From Octopus bimaculoides (lineage: Eukaryota), in assembly GCF_001194135.2 (NCBI RefSeq), contig NC_068984.1, positions 147,036,285 to 147,092,649 on the forward strand: a stretch of DNA of 56,365 bases, given 5' to 3'. This document shows, one piece after another, positions 39,057 to 52,649 of the stretch. A program made the position numbers and the translations under genes. Position 1 is the first letter of the stretch. Each line of letters begins with the position of its first letter. A model generated the notes under the pieces. The model saw only the letters and a program-made list of their open reading frames with translations. It was not told the origin of the DNA and made no database searches.

Positions 39057-40439
39057 TTTATCTACGCCGATGGCATCGCTAAAGTATAAGGAATATCCCT
39101 ATAATATCTGGCATATCTGCGATTCTACGAAAAGCCGAGGGGACATCATTAGGAAGAGGTAGACTGCTTAGTTTCCAGGGTGTATAAGCATTCCCCCGCC
39201 CCACCTGAACGGGAGCCCGATTTGAAACCGTTAATTTTGTTGTTGTTCTTTTTGTTTCTAACAAAGTTACAAATTTGGAGGAAGGAGCTCAATGAATTAC
39301 ATCGAACTCAGTATTTCGCAGGAAGTTTATTGTATCGACCCCGAAAGTAGAAACGGTTCATTTGGCATGGTCCAGATTTGAAATCAGAATGTAAAGATTT
39401 AGCAATGCATTTATGTCTGATGTAAATTCACTTTGTGCTAGGACGCATGGCGCGGGTGTTGACTCAGTAGGAACAACATTTCTTGAGATATGGACTGCGT
39501 GAGACATAACTCATCACCTGGCAATTCATGAGTGGTTGTACCACATTTTAGTATTCTTCATTAGTATTTTTATTTTATCGTGAGATAGGGGATGATAGGT
39601 AAGTTCAGTCTCCAAAAGATAGACTCAGAATATGAACAAAGACCTCGTGAAATATCTTTGTTAATCTACCGCGTTTCTGATCTTCCTCGGTGCCACTGAC
39701 TCTGAGAAAGGCTTAACGAAGTAGATCTATTCCCAAATCGTTTTAGTGTTATAACAGAGGCAAACAATGCCGGGATTTAGTCAGCAATTATCATTAGCGT
39801 ACTTTCCAATACGTTAATGATGTAATAATTGTCGTGCTAACAATGGTAATAATCATAGAGGAGGTGGTGGTTGTGGTGATGGACGTAGATTCGTTCAATG
39901 GAAATTATGAATGAATGGAAGATAATGGAGAAAGGAAAAGAGAAGAGAGAGCAAAAAACTAACAGTGGACATGTCACAATCGTCAGCATCGAAAATATAC
40001 GAAGATTGAAATTGCATCTTATTGAAATCATTGCCGTTGCTGATGAAGATGGCCACGACGACGACGACGACGATGACGATGATAATGATGGCATTGGCGC
40101 CAGTGATAATTGCACTGAGTTACTTGCAATTAACACTCTCCTTTGCCAACGACACCTTTTCCTATACAGGTGCATCTTTTCTGACGACGTCCAATGAAAT
40201 CCCATTGCAAGACGACTGCCCAACTCGCGTTCACGCACATCTCATCAACTCCACAAGCATATCTACCGTCATATATGCAGCTATAATTACACATGTGTGT
40301 ATGTATATATACGTATGTGTGTGCGTGTGTGTGTGTGTGTGTGTGCGTGCGTGTGCGTGTGTGTGTGTGTGTACTGATAGATAGATAGACCTGATTGATC
40401 GCTAGCTACTAAACCTTTTTTAAAATTTTCTCTGCTAAT

Positions 40440-40592
40440 TTCTCTTTTCCTTTCTGTTGAAGAGCGCAGGCTCGAAATGTGAAAATTTTCTCACTTCCCG
40501 AGCGTTAAAGTAGTACATCTGTTTATTGTTTACACACCCGTCTTCGTTTTTTTTTTCTTTTCTTTCTTGTTTTTTTTTTTGTAATTTCCAAC
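40440..40592 (+). mobile_element. Penelope-like pLTR remnant with minimal hammerhead-like motif (copy 1)
   Basis: ctgttga-a-gagc-gcag-gctc-gaaa; shares downstream sequence (cttcccgagcg...ctaatac...gtcttcgt) with the copy at 42670. Confidence 0.5.
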
Positions 40593-40612
40593 TAGATAGA
40601 TAGGTAGGTAGG

Positions 40613-40688
<76 letters not shown>

Positions 40689-40910
40689 GATAATGTGTAT
40701 CGGTGAGTATTGTCCACTCCATTTAGTCCGTTCGTGTACATCCTTCGCCTTAGTGATTTTCTCTATACTTTATGCAAACATGAAATTTGAATCCTTGAAC
40801 TTTAAACGTACCGAAACTATACGGATTCTGGTCTTTCTGGCTGATGAGGGTATTCTTTTCTGTAAATCATTTCCACGCTCTATTTCGATCGATTTTCCCA
40901 ATATATATAG

Positions 40911-40946
<36 letters not shown>

Positions 40947-41362
40947 GTATGTGTGTGTACGTGTACACTCACATATGCATATTTATGTGAATATAAGTGC
41001 GTGTGCACATGTGAATTTTAATGCAAAGGCACAGCGTGTGTACTCTTGTTTGCTTAGTCTTCTAAATCGATATATTCGCTCTTGAAAACAAGCATAACTA
41101 ACGTGTTAGCATATTCGTATGTGTGTGTATGTGTTTGTTTGTGTGTGTATGCTTGTGTGTTTGTGTGTGTGTGTGTTTAAAGTACATTTGCACATAGACA
41201 GGCAGATGTGATGTGAGAAGATGTGCATGCACGTGGTTTGTGAACAGCATATTTGGAAGTCTACACATTCAATTTAAACCTCGTCAAATAGGGAATCACT
41301 ACCGCCACCACCACCACCACCACCACCACTACTACTACTACTACAACTACTACTACTATTAC

Positions 41363-41403
<41 letters not shown>

Positions 41404-41865
41404 GTAATGATAATGATATTAATTAATGTATAATGTGTAGTGCATTTGTAATTTATTCCACCCTCTTACTCTTACAAAGTTTGTCCGTGATAGAAAATAA
41501 AGATATTTTATTTACAACTAAATCGTTGGCTAAATCCCTAAGTTGAAAATAATCTTGATAATCTTCAAAATCCATTAATCTTTTAATTTCATAGACTTCA
41601 AGGCAGGAATGAAATCTAGCAGAAGTTGATGTTACACACATATATGTACACTTGCACATATGTATCTGTGCGTGTGTGTGTGTATGTGTGTGTGTGTGTG
41701 TGCGTATGTACACTTGCACATACGCACACACACACACACACACATACACACACACACGCACAGATACATATAAATGCACATATATTTATAAGCATTTACA
41801 GTGTACTAGTGTGTATGTGTATGTATACATATGTGTATGTACATATCTATCTATCTATCTATCTA

Positions 41866-41903
<38 letters not shown>

Positions 41904-42199
41904 CATCCTCTAAACGATTTTATTTGCACTTCTACCTTCTTAGAGTACCTGTCTATACAAACACACCTGATAATCTGGAGTGAGTGCATAGTACCAAGGA
42001 ACGCATCGTCGTTAATGTTGCTGTCTGCAACAAAAGAACTTTATGATAGAACAACTGAAATGAAAAACAGCCAGTGCGCGTGTTTTCGTCGTAAATTGCA
42101 AGTCGTGTGACATTACGACATTTATGTAAATGCATGTGCGTGTATATAAGTGTGTAAGCGCGCGTGTGTGTGCGTGTGAGCGTGCGTCTTTGTGTCTAC

Positions 42200-42385
42200 A
42201 TTTGTCCCATCCCCTCCACCTGACAACCTGCTTTGTTTACGTTTCTGTATTTTAGCGTTTCGGGGAAAAAGGTCCGATAAAATAAGTACCAGACCTAAAG
42301 AAAATAATAGGTGCTAGATCTGATTCGTTCGACTGAGACACTTCAAGACCGTGCTCCAGCATGGAAGCAGTCTAAGTAGAACAAA
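42200..42385 (+). mobile_element. SINE family A, 3' half
   Basis: tgacaacc...tttacgttt...aataagtaccagac...ttcaagaccgtgctccagcatgg. Confidence 0.6.
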
Positions 42386-42669
42386 TATAAAGGAATACAA
42401 AAAATGGGACAAAAACGCAAAACATGCAGACGGATGATGCAAAAACGGGGCAAGAGAAAGCAAGGACGGGTCGTTCGGAGCTTTCTTTCCCCAGTCGAGT
42501 TCCAGATTATCTTTGCAATTTCGGCTGGTTATACTTGAGATTGCTCCAATCTGGCCAGCCCCAAGGAAAAACTAAGCTAAGAGCACTAAATTCCTTGGAA
42601 GAAAGTAGCGAATGTATATGAAAACAAGGACGGAAAATAACGAAGAAATTGTACACACACACGCACATC

Positions 42670-42783
42670 GTGCTCCTCTCTGTTGAAGAGCGTAGACTCG
42701 AAACATAAAAAACTTTCTCACCTTCCCGAGCGACAAACTAATACACCTGTCTTCGTCTTTTGTTTTTCTGTAAATATCAACTA
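42670..42783 (+). mobile_element. Penelope-like pLTR remnant with minimal hammerhead-like motif (copy 2)
   Basis: ctgttga-a-gagc-gtag-actc-gaaac; homologous to 40440-40592. Confidence 0.5.
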
Positions 42784-42793
42784 TGTATGTATG

Positions 42794-42838
<45 letters not shown>

Positions 42839-45059
42839 AGTTAAGGCTATGTTCTGTCATAGAGTGAACAATGGTTTCGCATTCACAAAGGACCTAGTCC
42901 CGTAGATGGGTCGCCGGACTACAAAGCCGAAGACAAATATATATATATAAGACGGGGTGTAAATAATGGTCATTACATATTTTTTCCTTTATTAGAGTAA
43001 AACATATTCAATGATCGTTATTTATCACTTGTCTTGTATATCACTGTGTAAAAACCAGTTTCTCTGGAGCCCATCCACGGATTTACAACATAGAATTGCG
43101 ATGAACCATAACTTTGGACCCTGCCACAAGATTACTTGGAGTTCTTCGCTAATCCAAGCAATATTATTAGCCTGCTGTGCCAGCAGAGAGCTTATGAAGT
43201 ATTCTGCCCGGATTGATAATCCCTCACCATTAGATCTCATATATATATATATATAAGCATATACAGATACATTCAAACATATGCGATGAGAAGTCATAAG
43301 ATTTGGTGATTTCTGTTATGAATGTTCTATCAGCGCCATCACCATCACCATGGAAACAGGCAACAGCAATCGACAGAATAATTAACTCCTGGTTAGATTG
43401 AAATCCGCAACGCAATTACAGAAAGCGCAAACTAATTATAGAGATATTTAATATGGCGGTGTCTGATGCGTCGACAGATAATCGTAAAGAAAGAATACCG
43501 AAATGTACACCCGAGGGATATAAAATTTGTACTGCTTTCTTGCTAAAAAAAGGGGACATGTTTTAAATACATACATACAAACATGCATACAACCATATAG
43601 CCATCCATACATACATACATACATATATGAGTGTGTATATGTGTGTTGTGTGTGTGTGTGTGTGTGTATAAACGTATATAGGAACAGGTGTGCTACCCTT
43701 CGACGAACTGTCGGACAAAGGGTAGCAAGGTGAAACATCGAACTCACTGTTCGATGTTTCTATTCATAAGTATGGACTATACAAAAAATATCCAGTATTT
43801 CTTCAGTTTGATGTAAAATTTTTGTAAGTCGGCATATTTAGAAGCATTAACATAGAAGCAGACTAAAAAGTATATACATAATATGCATATATGGTCAGCA
43901 TGGCCACAGCCGCAGAGCTGAAACATATGAAGGAATAAAGAGATAAAAGAATATACATGCATAAACAAACAGACAGGTGAAGAGAGGCGAAGAGAGTTCT
44001 ACAGATACGATGCTGGACGACAAACATCAGTTCAAAGTCTAATTGCTTACAACGTTCGATTAATTCTACGCCCATCACCAACACGACCACGACGACCACC
44101 ACCACCACGACCATCTCCACCAACACTACCATCATCTACATCTCCTGTCTATCGAAGAAATCCATTAACCTGCATCGGAGCCAAATGAAAGAAAATCGAT
44201 AGACCCTTTACTTCTACAAATATCTACCTTCATTAATTGGCTCTCCGTTTTGATTCGAAACGACCTCACCTTATTTTATAAACACGTTGGGTGGGGGTGG
44301 CGAGATGTTCCAACAGCCGATTAATTAAGAACCTGTTGGAACCAACAAGTAGAATACATTGATTCCAACATTTTGGTTTTCTATTAGCGTTAATGTCCTC
44401 CTACTATAGAAACTTCTCCTCCTCCTCCTCCTCTTTCTATTTCTACCCTCTTCCTGCTACACTTTTGTTTGCTCTAACTTATCTCACACCGTCTCTACTT
44501 TGTTATTTATTATATTATTATTATTATTATATGTAATATATGTATTGTTAGTCTTACAGTAACGAGACTAGTCTAACACTGGGCAGCGAGTTTCTTGTCG
44601 CTTAGCAACAGGTCATATTTCATTGATTGCTATGTTCACAATTGGGTCTGTGCTTACATGTATATGAGTGATTGTATGTGTGTATGAACGTATACACTCA
44701 CACACACACACACAAATATTCCTTACATGTGCGTGTGCTCGCGTTTGTATCGATGTGTGTGTGTGTGTGTACTCTTGTAAGTATGTCTGTATGTAATCAG
44801 GTATGTTTTTTTTTCTTCTTTACTGCGCCTATTTTTGCCGACACAGGAGGCCACCACGAGTCACGTTGACTACTGGCGTTTTACACTGAATGCATTCATG
44901 CATGCGTTGCTGTTCATTGCCGCCATAAACATTCTTTTTCAGAATTGACTGAACGGATTCTGTCGCTGGAGTCATTGTTTGAACAATGAAAGCGCTCTGT
45001 AATAGTTCGCACCTTTCTACAGCATCTTGTTGAGTGCAAATCGGTGCGTGTGTCTTTGT

Positions 45060-45270
45060 GTCGTTGTTTATCTCTCTATCGCAACACTTGACAACCGGTG
45101 TTGGTTTCCTTACGGCTGCGCAATGTAGTTGTTCGGCAACAGAATAAGTACCAGAGATTCTTTTTTTTTTTTTTTGTACGTGAGTACTGTGGCGATTTGT
45201 TCCGCAAAAGCCCTTCATGCTGGTACCCCAGCATGGCCGTAGTCCAACCACTGACAAAAAACAAGATAAA
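45060..45270 (+). mobile_element. SINE family A, 3' half
   Basis: cttgacaaccggtgttggtt...gttcggcaac...aataagtacc...ggtaccccagcatggccgtagtc. Confidence 0.65.
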
Positions 45271-45567
45271 ATGATATAATTTAATAGGTCTCGTTCTTTA
45301 TACACACGTGCGCGCGCGCACACGTTACAACAGGAACGAGTTAAGAACGTGTTTAATTTTTAAACATGTTTTTGTTTGAATAAAACAAGTTCCAATTTTT
45401 AACGTAAGGAGTCAATAGTATTTTCATTTATCAATACAAATATATATTCAATGCAAATATAAAAACTGAAAATACAAAAATATATTTTTACATACTGCAA
45501 ATGTTATCCCAGTTTTACTGGAAATATATCAGAGTATTTACACAAGGTGAGTTTTACATTCAACGCA

Positions 45568-45648
<81 letters not shown>

Positions 45649-45877
45649 TTGTCATTACTTAAATGTTCTCGTATAGAAAAGTTCTTGTATGAAAACAGAT
45701 TTCATGAATACATTTTAGTGTATGTTGTTGCCAAAAGAGGTTTTACAATTGTAGAAAAACCCCATATTTATACGCACATATACTGACATGATTTTAAATA
45801 GATTTCTATTAATTTTTTTACGATAAATTTTATCCATTTCTCAATTTTTTATTATTTTATTTTTTTTTGTTCTTCAG

Positions 45878-46178
45878 GTATCCATCATACATATATCCAA
45901 CGACAGCCGGTGCCGCAGCTGCTACCTACATGACAGCACCGAGTGTAATCTTGCCTCATTCGTCCTTGTCGCCAACAACAGCCGGACAATATGTAGAGTA
46001 TGCATCACCGCCCTACACAGGACAGTTTCCGAATGGATACGAAGCGTACCCTTACTCTACGGCCACAAACGGCTACGTCACGCCCGCGGCCTATACATAC
46101 GCTGTCCCACAGGCAATAGCAGCCGGGGCTGGACATTATCCACACTTCCAGGCACAACAAATCCAGGAAAGATTGTAA
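45878..46178 (+). CDS. RBM24: Terminal coding exon of RBM24/RBM38-family protein; Tyr/Ala/Pro-rich C-terminus ending HYPHFQAQQIQERL*
   Basis: Long pyrimidine tract with ttcttcag|g, 300-nt open frame to TAA at 46176-46178. The peptide YIYP...YVEYA...YEAYPY...GYVTPAAYTYAV...FQAQQIQERL parallels the RBM24/38 C-terminus (YVYP...YIDY...YDQYPY...GYVTAGGYGYAV...YQPQQLQTDRMQ). Orthology to RBM24 versus RBM38 cannot be resolved. Confidence 0.85.
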
Positions 46179-46448
46179 AAAAATACACAAACAAAATTAA
46201 TAAAAAAAAAAATTCACAAAAATATAAATATAAAAATTTTTTCAAGATGGTTCAAAAACAATTAAAATTACAACATAAAACATGAAAAATAGGAGGAGAA
46301 TACAGATCCGGATTAAAGGAAAACAGGAACTGCTAATCGTATGTAAACCGTTAATACCACAACAATTATAATGACAAGAAAATGAAGAAGTAAAGGAAAG
46401 AATGTGACAGAAAAAAAAAGACAACAAAAACAATCAAGACAAGAAACG

Positions 46449-46483
<35 letters not shown>

Positions 46484-46755
46484 NNNNNNNNNNNNNNNNN
46501 NNNNNNNNNNNNNNNNNNNNNNNNNNNNNNNNNNNNNNNNNNNNNNNNNNNNNNNNNNNNNNNNNNNNNNNNNNNNNNNNNNNNNNNNNNNNNNNNNNNN
46601 NNNNNNNNNNNNNNNNNNNNNNNNNNNNNNNNNNNNNNNNNNNNNNNNNNNNNNNNNNNNNNNNNNNNNNNNNNNNNNNNNNNNNNNNNNNNNNNNNNNN
46701 NNNNNNNNNNNNNNNNNNNNNNNNNNNNNNNNNNNNNNNNNNNNNNNNNNNNNNN

Positions 46756-46806
<51 letters not shown>

Positions 46807-46885
46807 GTGTGTGTATATATATATATATATATATAAATATATGTATATATATATATATGTATATATGTATGTATATATATGTATG

Positions 46886-46933
<48 letters not shown>

Positions 46934-47303
46934 AATGCGAAAATGAAGGAAAAGTTAATTTTTTTTATATATATATATTCCAAAAAGAACTCGATAGAAA
47001 GGAAGAAATAGAATATTTAACAGCATTACCATGAACGACGGTGAAGAAACGAAATGGTGATGGAACAAACTCACGCATAAATATGACTGAACACTCACAC
47101 ACACAAACATACATGCATACATAAAAATAAAGAAGAAGTGGAGGGATTCGAAACTATATCATCATTAACCACAACAACAATCATAACACAATCAATTGCA
47201 ACAATAATAATAATAATGGGCAATAATAATTTGATAAAAAACACAAAAAGAAAAAAAACCCCAAATCCACACAAGTATAAATTCCATCTGAAAAAATAAT
47301 TAA

Positions 47304-47355
<52 letters not shown>

Positions 47356-47675
47356 TTAATAATAATAATTAATTAATAATAATTATAATATTGTAAAGAA
47401 AACAATGACATCACTTCTAACTTCCAACACATATCCATGTACAAAATGCTCATAAGCTTACAAACATAAACGCAAACACGTGCATACAATTTCACAGAAG
47501 ATAACAACATAATTCACTGTCTCATATGCACGCACATACACACGCACCAGCACACACGCACACACACACACACAAAATACTGTACGTATACTGCATACAC
47601 TGTACACAATATAAGGCCTGTGAAGATTTAAAAAATATGAAACAGCCTGGTGTGATACAAGGAAATAATCTACAT

Positions 47676-47707
<32 letters not shown>

Positions 47708-47714
47708 CATAATC

Positions 47715-47750
<36 letters not shown>

Positions 47751-49497
47751 TAACAACAACAATAGTAATGTAAATAAGTATCATCATTATCATTATTATT
47801 ATTGTTGTTATTATTATTATTATAGTTACTATTATTGTGATTATTATTGCAGAGGTGCAGTATTGTCGCAGCAGTTGCTAACCATGTACGAGAGAAGTAA
47901 AAATGGTTTCTAAAATGGTTGCTATTACTCACCACCACTACTACCACCACCACCACCACCACCACCACCACCAATACTACTACTACTACCACCAGTATTA
48001 CCACTACTCCTAAGATTAAAATGCTGATGTAGAATCGTTGTTTTACACAACCAGCAAAAACAACCATTGCCATTCAAATCATCAACGCCATAATTACTAC
48101 GACTGTTACTCTCACCTCCTCCTCCTCTTCTTCTTCTTCTTCTTCTTCTTCTTCTTCTTCTTCTTCTTCTTCTTCTTCTTCTTCTTCTTCTTCTTCTTCT
48201 TCTTCTTCTTCTTTTACAATTATCATTTTACAAAAATTGTTTTTCATATTAGATGCTCAGTTACTCGGAATACTGTCAATGCTCTTAGATCTCTTATAAC
48301 GCACAACTCGTCGAGAAACTCCCTTTGGTCGCTCTGCCTGCAAAAAAAAAAAAAAAACAAGAGCAAAATCACTCATTTCGTCTTAAAAGATTTCGGAAGA
48401 ATCACATTGGATAATGTAATGGTAGGTGAATAGAAACGAGAAGGTTGAATAATCAGGGCTGGAAGGCCTCTCATTATAGTTCTGCTCAGTCACTGACGGC
48501 TGATATGTGGTTCAAACACAGCACACTGATCAAACCTACTATGTCATTTATGAATATTTATTTGTGCTTTCTTTCCGTCTTCAAATACTTAATGATGGCT
48601 TGGAGGAATGAAATCCGGTTGTGCTGCCTCTTGTAGGAAACGACATATGTATTCTCGAGCAGAAAATCCATTTATAATTATGAGCTTCAGCTGAAATTAA
48701 AGAACAGGCTAAGGCATTGGAAATTCTCGCCGATATATCTGTTCCAGAATGTAGATGAAACATATCCAAATGCCCAGTCGTCGGTAATCTTAAAACGCCA
48801 ATAATAATGCTTATAATAGATGTCTTATTGGCAAAAAGAATTGTATTGAAACGAACAAACGTGCACACGCACATACACACACATCCACACACACACACAT
48901 ACATGCATGCATACATATAATAATACGTGCACAAAATACCTGGCGAAAGAGCACCTTTAATAAATATGGTGCCATGAATGGCGGTCGTCGTAAGAGGAAT
49001 GGTGACGACCGTCGTAAATAAGGTTGTAGCGGTGCTTGTGGTACCTGTGGCTGAACAATTCTAATATCAATGGTTGAGAGAAAGAGAGGGAGAGAGAAAG
49101 AAAGAGAGAGAGAGAGAGAGAGAGAGGGGGGGAGTGAGAAAGAGAGGTCTTGTTTCTTCTAGTTGGTGTTGGTGTTAAAGATGGTGGTACATTAAAAACC
49201 AAATCGATTGGTTGTAAGTGGTCGTGGTGAAATATGGCAGTGAAAACTGGTTAGTGAATGAAGAAAACGACGCAGGCGAAGTGGAGCAAAAAAGAAGGCT
49301 GTTGAACAATTCTAATATAAAACATGTAAGACATAGATAGAGCTATGTTGACACTAACAAGAAGAATGTGATGACAAATGATGGCAATTATGTATGCATA
49401 TATATATATATGTACATATGTATATATGTATATATATACATATGCGTATGTACATATATATTTATATGAATAAATTTATATATGCATGCATATGCAT

Positions 49498-49538
<41 letters not shown>

Positions 49539-50500
49539 NNNNNNNNNNNNNNNNNNNNNNNNNNNNNNNNNNNNNNNNNNNNNNNNNNNNNNNNNNNNNN
49601 NNNNNNNNNNNNNNNNNNNNNNNNNNNNNNNNNNNNNNNNNNNNNNNNNNNNNNNNNNNNNNNNNNNNNNNNNNNNNNNNNNNNNNNNNNNNNNNNNNNN
49701 NNNNNNNNNNNNNNNNNNNNNNNNNNNNNNNNNNNNNNNNNNNNNNNNNNNNNNNNNNNNNNNNNNNNNNNNNNNNNNNNNNNNNNNNNNNNNNNNNNNN
49801 NNNNNNNNNNNNNNNNNNNNNNNNNNNNNNNNNNNNNNNNNNNNNNNNNNNNNNNNNNNNNNNNNNNNNNNNNNNNNNNNNNNNNNNNNNNNNNNNNNNN
49901 NNNNNNNNNNNNNNNNNNNNNNNNNNNNNNNNNNNNNNNNNNNNNNNNNNNNNNNNNNNNNNNNNNNNNNNNNNNNNNNNNNNNNNNNNNNNNNNNNNNN
50001 NNNNNNNNNNNNNNNNNNNNNNNNNNNNNNNNNNNNNNNNNNNNNNNNNNNNNNNNNNNNNNNNNNNNNNNNNNNNNNNNNNNNNNNNNNNNNNNNNNNN
50101 NNNNNNNNNNNNNNNNNNNNNNNNNNNNNNNNNNNNNNNNNNNNNNNNNNNNNNNNNNNNNNNNNNNNNNNNNNNNNNNNNNNNNNNNNNNNNNNNNNNN
50201 NNNNNNNNNNNNNNNNNNNNNNNNNNNNNNNNNNNNNNNNNNNNNNNNNNNNNNNNNNNNNNNNNNNNNNNNNNNNNNNNNNNNNNNNNNNNNNNNNNNN
50301 NNNNNNNNNNNNNNNNNNNNNNNTTTTTTTTTGTTATTTTTTCAATATTATAATAATTCCGTCCAAAAAGAAAATATGAAAAAAAAAAAACGAACAAAAC
50401 TGTTTATCACAAAAAATGAAATGCTAAAATATTTCAAGTAAAAAAATATACGAAAAAATCATCATCAACAAAAACAACAACAAAAACAACAGCAATACCG

Positions 50501-50546
<46 letters not shown>

Positions 50547-50719
50547 TATAGTATAAACACACACATATTTATGTTATATATATATATATATTTATATATA
50601 TGTAGATGTATATTAAAATATGATTTATAAATAAAAATATATATGCTCACACGCATATATAACATATTTTGTATATATATATATGTATCATATATATACC
50701 ATAATTATTATATACATAC

Positions 50720-50804
<85 letters not shown>

Positions 50805-51250
50805 GCACACCCACATCTGCATACAGGCATATGCAGACAGAGATGCACTCACATATACATGTCTTTGCACTCAAGCGTTTTACGCGCTCACACATAAATA
50901 TATATTTATTAGAAGAATAAAAGAAAAAACAAAAGAGAGCAAGAAAAAAAACATTACACATCTTTTTTCCTTTCTTTTTATTATTATTTTTTTTGTCTAG
51001 AATCTTTGAGGACATTTTTTTTTTGTTTTTGTTGTTGTTTTAGATGAGTAAGTATTGAATCTTTGAATATGTTCTTCGCAGGCTGGCATGAAATATGAGA
51101 TGTTATTCTTAGCCAGTCTCAAACATTAATTTCAAAAACTATGCGAAAATGGCGGCAAGGAAAAAAAAAACTAGAAAACTGATAAGAGCTACGTTTTAAT
51201 ATCATTATAGAAATATTTTAATACCAACATACTTTATTACTTAGAAAGAG
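46179..51250 (+). other. Probable long 3' UTR of the RBM24/38 gene (3' boundary uncertain)
   Basis: Follows the stop codon. A/T-rich unique blocks interleaved with microsatellites and no recognisable SINE or LINE until about 51335. AATAAA at 46199-46204 and others downstream; two N-gaps inside. Confidence 0.4.
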
Positions 51251-51334
51251 ATATGTTATATGATAAATATTTTATGCTTGTGTGTGTGTGTGTGTATTCT
51301 TTTATGTTATTTTAGTCGTTTCAGCCATGTCGAA

Positions 51335-52205
51335 ATAGGAGAGTATCCAGTTCCTTTGTCAAAATATCCATTGTGTAGGTCTCTTAGGTTTAATTGGTAG
51401 GGTATCGAAGAGCCGTGGACATTTGAGCCCTAACCTAGTGCAGTACCTGATTCTGACTTTAGATGGAGCGGACGGTACCGCAATGGCGTGAACTTCCGGC
51501 ATTTGTATAACACTCTATGCCGAAGTTAGGTGCTAGCTCTTCCAGAATTTTTCCTACGTAGATAAACACATCTTCGTTCCAGGGAGTAGTCATGGTTTTC
51601 CAGCCTCTCGCTGTAGTTCATCTGCTGCCCTATTACAACTTTTTTTTAGTGTAGTAACGTCGGACCACTTTGAGCACGGCTCTTAGTTTGGCGCTGTGTG
51701 GTGGCCACAGCTGAGAGCAGTAGTCCAAGTAGCTGAGAACAAGAGTCCTCCATAAGATCAACATGACCTCTTGATCTCTTTTCTTGAAGGACCTTAGTAT
51801 CCATCCTGCCAGTTGTCTGCACTTTGTTGCCATCTTGATAATGTGCATATGAAAGTTTTACACAAACCGATCCCCAGGTCTCTGACTCTGGGATCGCAGT
51901 GTCTTCGAGTTCTCTTCAGCTCACTTGTATAATTGTATTTAAGTCTTGCTGTAAGCGTGTGACATCGTCTGCGTTCTTTATTGCCTGTGATAATTTTGCA
52001 TCATAGGAGTGGCTAGTGACAGTGGCTGTCTGAGTGACCGTGTGCATGTTTAAGAGAGTTACTATAAACAGTAAGGGGTCCAAGGCAGTTATCGAGGGAA
52101 CACCAGTCAGAAAGGGTATCATTGGCTCAACTGCCTGACTTCTGTCTTTTAGGAAGTCATGCAGTTTACCGGCAATGCCAAAGTCTTGCAGTTTGTGGCA
52201 TACTA
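51335..52205 (-). mobile_element. Degenerate CR1/L2-group LINE reverse transcriptase fragment
   Basis: Remnants LCHKLQDFGIAGKLHDFLKDRSQ, GVP...LDPLLFI, degenerate YADD (HSYDAK), WRTLVLSYLDYCSQLW and YSLERR. Confidence 0.8.
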
Positions 52206-52479
52206 GTTAAAGTTGATAAGTTTGAAACCGAATATATCTGCACTAGCTGCATCACACCAGAAACATGGCTCTCATTAAAAAGTTTTATTCTTTTCCTTTA
52301 TAATACAATCATTAATTAATTCTGCATCAGTAGTTCTGATCAATGGTTCGTTTGGGGAAAACGAAAACCGGTGTAAAAGAAAGCGCAAGTTTCCAGAAGT
52401 TAATCTGTCTGCATAATATAGAGTTAATGTTAGAGGCAAAGATACAAAGACACACACACACACACATAAACATACGATG

Positions 52480-52620
52480 AGCTTCTTTCAGTTTCCGTCT
52501 ACAAAATCCATTCAAAATACTTTGGTTGGCCCAGGGTTATAGCAGATGATGCTTGTACAAGATGTCATACTGAGGGACTGAACGCAAAACCACCTGCTTG
52601 GGAAGGAAACTCCCCAAACA
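52480..52620 (-). mobile_element. SINE family A, head
   Basis: cttctttcagtttccgtctac...ttggttggcccagggttatagcag...gggactgaac...ttgggaagg. Confidence 0.65.
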
Positions 52621-52649
52621 CACAGAAAAGCCCATAAATCCACATTGGC

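Noticed and set aside
44307-44342. 10-bp inverted repeat gttccaacag/ctgttggaac
   Set aside because: Isolated, and within chance expectation for this window size.
47858-48000. Two CAGTATT miR-8/miR-200 seed matches in the putative 3' UTR
   Set aside because: One lies in a degenerate (ACT/ACC)n tract; 7-mers are not meaningful without conservation data.
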